This document shows positions 56,022 to 64,000 of a DNA stretch of 64,000 nt, one piece after another (positions within the stretch are counted from its first letter, which is position 1; every line of letters begins with the position of its first letter). Below the pieces are notes generated by a model. It was not told where the DNA came from. It did not search any database and worked only from the letters and a program-made list of their open reading frames with translations. Origin of the DNA: Phoronis australis (taxonomy: Eukaryota; Animalia; Phoronida); assembly GCA_002633005.1 (NCBI GenBank), contig NMRA01000107.1, positions 165,492 to 229,491 of the forward strand. Direction: 5' to 3'. The position numbers and the translations under genes are program-made.

Positions 56022-56600
56022 TTAATGCCAAGTTCACGCATACACGAGTTGAAATTTAAGCAGGATGCCAAGCTCACGCACAGCAAGTATGACACAGGGT
56101 TTTTTGGTCAATTTTCATGAGTTTCAAGGGTTAACAGCAACAGACAATTAAACTATGGCCAAAGCGGTCGCACAGTTGGGTAATTCAACATCTTTCAAAC
56201 CTGAAGACCAGTCAAAAATTCTTTTCAGGAACACGCTACTCCTGCATTCCCCTGAAATGATAATTCATTTGCACGCTCGTTGACGTTGTTACAAAAAGAC
56301 AACATCTGCAGAGAAGTTGATGTTGTGAAGCCACGAAGCCTGCTTAATGATGTTGCAGAAACATACAATTAGGGACTGTTTTCAGGCATTAAATTGCTGT
56401 TATGACTTAAAAATATCTGTATTTTGTGTGTTTTATCGTTACTTAAATTCTAAACAATCACATAAAATTAATTACATCTGTGGCCCTCAATCGCCTAGTT
56501 CCCCTGGAGGTCGCTTCGAAAACTAAAGTGCTGGACGTGCGAGTTATGTAAACAGGTTGGCTGCTTTGAAGTCGGAGGAGCTTTCCTCAAAATATTTTCG

Positions 56601-56700
56601 ATGGCGTATGACTTGAAAGATGAATCTGAGGTGAAGGAATACATACAAAATCTTCACACCGAATTCCAATTTCAATGCCATGGAGAGAAAAGGCCGGATG
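56601..56700 (+). CDS. COA7: COA7 exon 1
   Basis: ATG to donor G|GTATGT, phase 1. Confidence 0.9.
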
Positions 56701-59700
56701 GTATGTTTGCCCGGCGTTTGCCGGGGAAAGCCAAGGCTCCACGCAGCCGCAGGCTCCACTCAGCCACGCGGAGCTGCCTGTGGGGAGTGTGGGGACGTGG
56801 GGTGGGAAACCATGCCAACCATGGCTGTGGCTGTGCTAATGGCGGATCCAGGATTTTTAGTTAGGGGCGGGGAAAGGTCAGAGTATTAGCCTGGATTTTG
56901 GCCGCCAGACTTTCACACCCGAACTACAAATGCAAATGGAATCTGGGAGAGTGGGGCATAGCACCAGCTATGCCATAATCTCCTAGCCCCCCCCCCCCCT
57001 CTAAATCTGCCACTGGTGCTTGTGGCAGTGTTGGTTAGGCAATAGGCCTACACCCTTCTGGTGCACCCATGCAGCTGATTGAGACTAAGGGGCTAGGTCC
57101 TGTCTGGCTGTGAGTATTAGTGGATCTGCTGTGCTCGCCTACTTCATCTTGATTCGAGTTGAGATTAAGCAGGATTCCAAGTTCATGCACAGCAGATTAA
57201 CTACTGTCTACTGTATCAGGGGCAGAGCACGGTGGGTAGACAGTCCCACTGTCTGAACTGCATGGGCCAGCGCAGCTACACAATGGGTAGCCAATACTGA
57301 AAGGCTTGATTTCAAAAATAAAATGTTTAATTTATGAGCCTTGTGAATAAATTCCCTTCAGAGTAACAGTCATCATTGGCTATTTCCTGCGTGAACAAGA
57401 TTATTCATGTATTGCCATTTTATTACTGAAAGAGATGATGCATGTTGTCATGGACATACGTTGTCCTTGAGAAATCTCGAGTTCTCGCGTACCTATTTCA
57501 GCTCATGTTATGGCAGACATGCATTATCGCTAAGACTATGCTTAGGAGGCAAACTTGGCTGTCAAACATCTCTGCACATCTTGCCGTTTTCATGAAAATT
57601 TGAGTATGGTTTGGTAGTACTTTACTAGTAGAGCTTGGAAATCCATGTATCTCCGTTTTATTTTATTATATACTAAAAGGGAAAAGGTTTTAAAGAGAGG
57701 CCCCTTTAAGCGACTATTATCGACATAGCATCCGATCCCAAATTGTCCCAGAAGTCTTTGTAAATGTCAATTTGGGCCTTTGTTAGAGTGATTTATGTAG
57801 TGGACACTTGTGATTTTTGTACTAAATTGCATTTTGCGCATGTAAATTGTCCTATTGATATAATACGGAAAGATTTTATCTAAGCATGATTAAATCTGGC
57901 TAATCAGTACATGGACCAGCTGTGAACTGGAACAACTGTGCAGCAAAACTTCCAGAAAGTTTAATTTGATTAATGTGTGTCTTTACTTACGTCACAAGCT
58001 TTTTTAATAGTTTACATTCCACTTACTGGTCTTTTTTTCACTGCAGGTTGCCATAGACTTGGAGATTTTTATGAAGCTACGCAGCAGAACTTCAAGGAAG
58101 CAGCAAAGGTGTTTAAGATGAACTGTGACACCCACAGCTTTGGTCACAGTTGCTTTAAGTATGGCAACTATAACATGCTCGGGAAAGGTCAGTTTTACTC
58201 GGCAATAAATCATTTAAATGTTGTTTGTGCATGTGACTAATCGTATTCACTGCAAAATGTAAAATACGAGTGATTATGCGACATCTGATGAGACTCCTGT
58301 TATGTTTAAGGCACAACATAGTTGTACAGGAGCACTTGAAGTTCTAACCAGTACTATTAATTAATGTAATACGTGTGAATAACAATTTATCAAAAAATCA
58401 CTTTGTACTGAAGTTTAGAAAAGTGGGTTATTGTAATTAACCTGGTATACGTGTTGTCATAGTAGTGCTTCTGATGCAATAAACCAATTTTCTGTCAAAA
58501 AAATACTTTAGATATCAGTACTATAGCAACCATTTGAAATGTATATTATTGTGTTGTTTTAAATCATTGCATTGATATCATATAAGTAAGAATTATTAGT
58601 CTTCATACATGCCATAGGTTGATCACATCACGTGATGTGACGGACATATGGCATGTATTCACAATTAAACGTCTATGAAGTGTAGTCTCAAATTGTTCAC
58701 ATCACGTGATGTGACCCACATTTGGCATGTATTCACAATTAAAATTCTTTGAAATGCAGTCTCACATTGTTCTTTCTTCAGATTAGAACTGATTTATGGG
58801 ATTGACAGTTCATTATTGCTCGAGACAACGCTCGATAAGTTGTCTTGGCCAGACTGAGCATGATCTTTAGCAATAACAGATTGTTAATAGTGTTTCACAA
58901 GCACAGAAATTACCTCTAATCTGAGTGAGTCCTCGGTTTAGTCTAGATGTACAACAGCAATTAGTCTGAACCAGAAGGTGGACTAATTGCTGCTTTCAAT
59001 GCAAGTTATACCCTGGCTCACTTTATTTTTCAAACATTTCTAATCCCAGAGAGGGCTTTACTTCCTTCTTCTACCTGAAAGAAACAATAGTTAACTTTTA
59101 TTATCAACTTTCATGTGCATTCAATGTTCATCAAGTGGCATGATTTCATTTTGATATAGAGTATTTTGTACTGAAACTATTGACTCCTCCCAGTTGATGG
59201 CTTTTTGGCCAATCAATAAAGACACTTTGAAGAAGTTGGCTAATTAGCATTGTGATTTTTAAAGACTGTGTCTACAAGGTTATATATATATATACTGATT
59301 TGGACACTAGAATGCCTGGCTACTTGACTGTTAGGTGTTCGTAGCACAACTCCAAAATTCTGTTTGACGAGTAGGTTTATGTTTTATAATTCTATAATGT
59401 TACTACTGATTGTTTCAGGTTTGGACAAAAAAAATGAATCGGAAGCATTCAAATATTATAAATCATCATGTGACGAAGGGTTCATACCTGGTTGTCATAA
59501 CTACGCTTTGCTTCTTGGCTCCGGAAAAGGAACTGGGCAGAAAGAGTGGAAACAAGCCGAGTCACTATTACAAAGGTGTTGCAGTCAGGACTATGTGGAC
59601 AGTTGTTATTACCTCAGTGGCATGTACATCAAGGGCAGAGACAGTGTAGCCAAAGACTTTAAAAAAGCCTTTGAGGTGTCTAAGAAAGCTTGTGGACTTG

Positions 59701-59855
59701 GCAGTGTACCAGCGTGTACAAACCTGAGTATAATGTACAAGAGGGGAGAGGGAGTGGATAAGAATTTGAAGCTTAGTAAACAGTTTCAGGAAAAGGCTAT
59801 CAAAATGCACGAAGAAACTACAAATCCAGAAAAACAGATTAAATTTGGAGAATGA
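56601..59855 (+). CDS. COA7: Cytochrome c oxidase assembly factor 7 (Sel1-repeat protein), 3 exons, 225 aa
   Basis: join(56601-56700,58047-58187,59419-59855) = 678 nt. MAYDLKDESEVKEYIQNLHTEFQFQCHGEKRPDGCHRLGDF...SCFKYG...SCYYLSGMYIKG...ACTNLSIMYKRGEGV; Cys-rich Sel1-like repeats typical of COA7. Confidence 0.95.
56838..57015. mobile_element. Short hAT-like MITE (CAGTGGCGGATC family) in COA7 intron 1
   Basis: Left AATGGCGGATCCAGG, right TAAATCTGCCACTG; GTGCT on both flanks. Confidence 0.6.
58047..58187 (+). CDS. COA7: COA7 exon 2
   Basis: Acceptor ctgcag; CHRLGDFYEA...SCFKYGNYNMLGK; donor G|GTCAGT. Confidence 0.92.
58623..58770. repeat. 74-bp tandem duplication, each unit with a perfect 18-bp palindrome TCACATCACGTGATGTGA
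   Basis: Palindromes at 58623-58640 and 58697-58714. Confidence 0.85.
59419..59855 (+). CDS. COA7: COA7 exon 3
   Basis: Acceptor tttcag; Sel1 repeats; ends in TGA. Confidence 0.92.
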
Positions 59856-60059
59856 CTACTTTATGCGAATGTATTTAGGTCCGTAGCCATGAATAGGAAG
59901 ATATGCTTATAGCCAGGATTGGGCATATGCGCCTATGTGTGGAACATTTTTGTATAACTAATGAGCCTATCAGTGAAACTTGATTTATCAGTGTTACATG
60001 TTTAATATCAAGTACAAAGAATGGGCAAAAAATAGTCAGGTTGAGATATGTATAAGCAT

Positions 60060-61165
60060 TCAAGTCATAGCCTCCTGTGCCAATAAGTGATGACTTGTAT
60101 CTACAAGTGATGGCCTTCTGTGTCTACAAGTGATGGCCTTCTCTGTCTACAGGTGATGGACTCCTGTGTCTACAAGTGATGGGCTCCTGTGTCTACAAGT
60201 GATTGCCTCTTGTGTCTACAAGAAATGTCCTTGTGTGTCTCCAAGTGATGTCCTCCTGTGTCTACAAGTGATGGCCTTCTATGTCTACAAGTGATGGCCT
60301 CTGGTGTCTACTAGTGATGGTCTCCAGTGTCTAAAAGAAATTTCCTTGTGTGTCTCCAAGTGATGGCCTCCTGTGTCTACAAGTGATGGCCTCCTGTGTC
60401 TACAAGTGATGGCCTCCTGTGTCTGCAAGTGATGGCCTCCTGTGTCTGCAAGTGATGGCCTCCTGTGTCTACAAGTGATGGCCTTCTGTGTCTACAAGTG
60501 ATGACCCGTGTCTACAAGTGATGGCCTCCTGTGTCTACAAGTGATGGCCTTCTGTGTCTGCAAGTGATGACCTGTGTCTACAAGTGGTGGCCTCCTGTGT
60601 TTACAAGAAATGTCCTTGTGTGTCTCCAAGTGATGGCCTCCTGTGTCTCCAAGTGATGGCCTCCTGTGTCTACAAGTGATGACCTGTGTCTCCAAGTGAT
60701 GGCCTCCCTTGTTTTAATACAAGAAATGTCCTTGTGTGTCTACAAGTGATGGCCTTCTGTGTCTACAAGTGATGGCATCCTGTGTTTAGATGTGATGACC
60801 TGTGTCTACAAGTGATGGCCTCCCGTGTCTACAAGAAATGTCCTTGTCTGTCTCCAAGTGATGGCCTTCTGCTTCTACAAGTGATGCCTTCTGTTTCTAC
60901 AAGTGATGCCTTCTGTTTCTACAAATGATGGCCTTCTGTGTCTACAAGAAATGTCCTTGTGTGTCTCCAAGTGATGGCCTTCTGTGTCTACAAGTGATGG
61001 CCTTCTGTGTCTATAAGTAATGTCCTCCCATGTCTACAAGTAATGTCCTTGTGTGTCTACAAGTGGTGGCCTCCTGTGTCTACAAGTGATAACCTCCAAT
61101 GTCTTCAGGTGGTAATCTCCCTTGTGTACAAGTGATAGTCTCTGTGTCTACAAGTGAAGGCTTCC
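60060..61165. repeat. 23-bp minisatellite (ACAAGTGATGGCCTCCTGTGTCT)n with AAGAAATGTCCTTG variant units, ~48 copies
   Basis: Period 23 read directly (60104, 60127); starts ~200 bp after the COA7 stop. Confidence 0.95.
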
Positions 61166-62533
61166 TATGCTTAAAAGTGGGACAAAGGCTTATGCACCTA
61201 TATGCATGACATCAGCAAAATATCTGAAATAATGTTTTGTTTTGTTGTAGGTACGGGGATATATTAATGTTATCATACATGGTTAGTGTTAGCATAGACT
61301 ATAGTTGTCTATAATCTATGGTGTTATTAGATTGCAGTGTTGACTACAGCATGGGGAATGTATGAAATGATTTGATGTCCAATAGACATAATAACGGATA
61401 ATTCGTTTTCTGTTAACTGAACCCAGGACTAGCTCAATCCAAGGTTATGTTCTGTTCTACCTCATGCAAGTGCAGCAAAGTCTCGACAAATACATTTTGA
61501 GGTTCTCAACTAATTGTGAGCTACTATTTCATTGAAGTCTTCCATTTAGACCACCTAGGTTTATAAAACTAAGTGATATCAACTGGCAGTTCATTAACTA
61601 TACTTGTGATTGTATAAATTTTGTGGTGATGGCCACTGTACCATACCTTTTGGCCAACCATGTTGCTTTCAACAAATTAATTGACTTGCTGGCTGAATAC
61701 AACTTCTTGAACCTGGTCTCAACTGTGGCAATCTTTCGATTCTTACCAAGCACGTAAATCGCTTCATCTCGGTGAATGTCGTCAGATTCATACAATTCCA
61801 ATAATATATATATTTAACAGGTCTAAAAGTCATTTGGCCATTTTCCTCCGTATTTAATGTCAATTTTATTGTTTAGGTTAGCCTCTATATGACATCGAAT
61901 TCTTGACTGATTTTCGTGTAATTAGGCACAGTTTTTTGTTATGGAGACTACCACACCGTTCCAGTGGCCATTTTCATTATTTTTGCGTCAGTTTTTGGCG
62001 TCTAACTCGGCTTGAATGGTGTGAAGTGCACCTGCAAATGGGTTCCTATTAAGATGAGCTCAACTGACGTTGATTCTCGAACTGGTTGAGCTATGGGACC
62101 CTAGTGATAATTTAGCTTTTCTTTACGTTTGTCTCTGTCTACCCAACTCCTTGACGGACTTTGAAGGGAAATAGGTTTTTCTTAAGGGGATGATGACAGT
62201 CATTTACTCGTTCCCATTGTCGGTGGATTTAAGATATCATGTGCAACTGTAACGTTTATGTTTTGTAATCTGCCAGGAAGACATTGGTAATGTCCGTTCC
62301 TGGCCTAACCAGCACACTCTTTCTTCGTCGTTCACTGCATGGGCCCCATTGCTGAGCATTCTGTGTCGAGTCATGATGAGGATTTCTTAGGGCTACTGAA
62401 AATTTTATGTTCTTGAAAATCTTTAGTTAATAGTTCATATTTCTCATTTTCCACTGGATGCTTCCACGCTAGTGACCCATCTCATTACTGACTCAGGGTT
62501 TCAGCTTTTTTGCCCGAATCTGGGGTTGGGTCA

Positions 62534-62612
62534 CATGGGCGGCGCAGCACTGAAAAAGTCGCGAGGAGGGGCTATAGCCCCCCACTGAGCCCCCTATGGT
62601 GCGCCGCCTATG
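62534..62612. mobile_element. 79-bp mini-MITE (hAT-like termini)
   Basis: CATGGGCGGCGCA...TGCGCCGCCTATG inverted termini. Confidence 0.5.
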
Positions 62613-62912
62613 GCCCATGGTTCAGTGATTTGCCAAGATTGACATGTTGAAAAAAAACTATTATACTCGGCCTGTCGTTACTGCACGTTGGTTCCTACTG
62701 CTGAAGTCTGCTCGAGTTCAGAGATTGACAATTAATAAATTTAGCCGCTCCTGCGCCAAAGATTATCATGAGTAATGCCTTGTACGACCTTATCGACAGT
62801 GCTAGATGAGCTTGTATTCGGTTTAATATATTATCCTCAAAACTATAGAATTTAACTCAAGAAAATGATAATATGTGCTCAGGCCCCAGATCGCGGCGTT
62901 CCGCTTTTTTCT

Positions 62913-62914
<2 letters not shown>

Positions 62915-62975
<61 letters not shown>
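62915..62975. repeat. Poly-T run next to an N, inside a relic ending in GATCCCCCACTG
   Basis: Read directly; length may be an assembly artefact. Confidence 0.7.
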
Positions 62976-63039
62976 NCCCCCCTTATGGTATCCTAGATCC
63001 CCCACTGTTTTGAAAGTATAGAAAACCAGTAGAATTTGA

Positions 63040-63920
63040 CTTTAGCATTACCAGGATGCCCGGCTAAACAATCGCGACAACATAAAAGCTCGACTTTACG
63101 GGGTTTCCCAACATTCACGATGACACTCAAGTTCCATCAGTTAACACAACGTGAATGTAGTACTCACAGGCCGTAGGCCTAAGTATCACTTGGCCAAAAA
63201 TGTCGTTACAACATTACCGGTACTATACTTCTCCTCAGCCGGTAACTTCACCTTCACTGAAACGCCCAAAAGCATCCGCTGTTATCACGAGTCAACTTGT
63301 TTTCTAATTTTTTTAATGTTTCATTGAAAAGCTACTTCTGCTGCCGGGATGAACTTTCACGACTTTTGTATGCCATCTGCACCAGCCCAATGAGGTGCAA
63401 TAGACAAACTTCTTTTTTCAGGACAAATCACCTTTTCGTCTCACTTTGCAAAAGGTCTTTTGTTTTTTATGTCACAGAACGCTGATTTTGACAGTCCTGA
63501 AGTCAACGCGTGAACGCGGCGACCACGAAGTACGTCGTGCTCTTGAGTTTCAATGAGCGGCGTAATCATTTACAATAACCGCAAACCGTAGGCCTATGAA
63601 GTATGATCGAACACGGGAACCCTGGCGTATTTTCTGTTGTTTAAATGAAAAGAGCGAACACTTCAAGTGAATTAGCGGTCTCATGATGGGCAGGGTCTGA
63701 AACGCGGTCCGCTCAGGCTCACTCAACTTCCCATTGACGTGCAGGAGATATGTGCATAATAACCAGCCCACTGACCGCAATACACATAATAATATGTTTA
63801 GCCCGGCTGAGGGCCTCGGCCGAGCTGCCGCCATAGCCTGGGCCTACCTACACAAGCCAGCACCCTGACTCGGGCAAACTGTCCGGGTAGACGGCAAAAT
63901 GCCGCGTGACGGAAGCGTTT
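63040..63920. promoter_or_regulatory. CpG-rich promoter/first-exon-like region
   Basis: CpG density visibly above the window background; AGACGGCAAA 63889-63898, CGGAAG 63910-63915; minus-strand ATGGCGGC at 63834; minus-strand donor GTGAGTA at 63167. Confidence 0.45.
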
Positions 63921-64000
63921 TGAATCAGAAGCACAGTTTCAAAATTGTTACCAATTTAGTTGTCATTGTAGTTTATAGTATAATACTACCGGTATATCTG

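Noticed and set aside
5553-61165. Idea that all minisatellites share a 23-bp base period
   Set aside because: Measured periods are 22, 67/76, 44-47, 68, 23 and 23, and the sequences are unrelated.
62823-63005. Poly-Lys ORF
   Set aside because: Translation of a poly-T homopolymer adjoining an N.
63550-63834. 94-aa ORF MAAARPRPSAG... as a stand-alone protein gene
   Set aside because: No recognisable domain and no downstream coding exons found; kept only as a possible uORF.

Overview
Eukaryotic (animal, probably marine invertebrate; inferred from gene content and repeat types) nuclear DNA, AT-rich and intron-rich. Four protein-coding genes can be assembled by hand from GT-AG exons with consistent phases. 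(1) The 5' part of a TESK-family kinase on the minus strand, first coding exon 11602-12369; no further kinase exon was found in 1-11601, so the rest probably lies left of the window. (2) A complete 9-exon RAVER-family RRM protein on the plus strand (17902-35873, 682 aa), head-to-head with TESK. (3) A complete 12-exon ZYG11 (CRL2 substrate receptor) on the minus strand (41002-53538, 777 aa), convergent with RAVER. (4) A 3-exon COA7 on the plus strand (56601-59855, 225 aa), divergent from ZYG11. Introns are packed with DNA-transposon derivatives (hAT, PIF/Harbinger, Kolobok with THAP, fold-back MITEs, Helentron/HINE-like elements), tRNA-derived SINE heads and minisatellites. The most unusual observations are: three separate tandem arrays in ZYG11 built from copies of its own exon/intron junctions (stacked decoy splice sites); a three-level transposon nest in RAVER intron 1, where a hAT element with a 5-bp TSD sits exactly on the symmetry axis of a palindromic element; and the ZYG11-COA7 head-to-head pair, which is also adjacent in human. 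I see no prokaryotic-type system (no CRISPR, no operon). All family assignments come from recalled motifs, not database searches.
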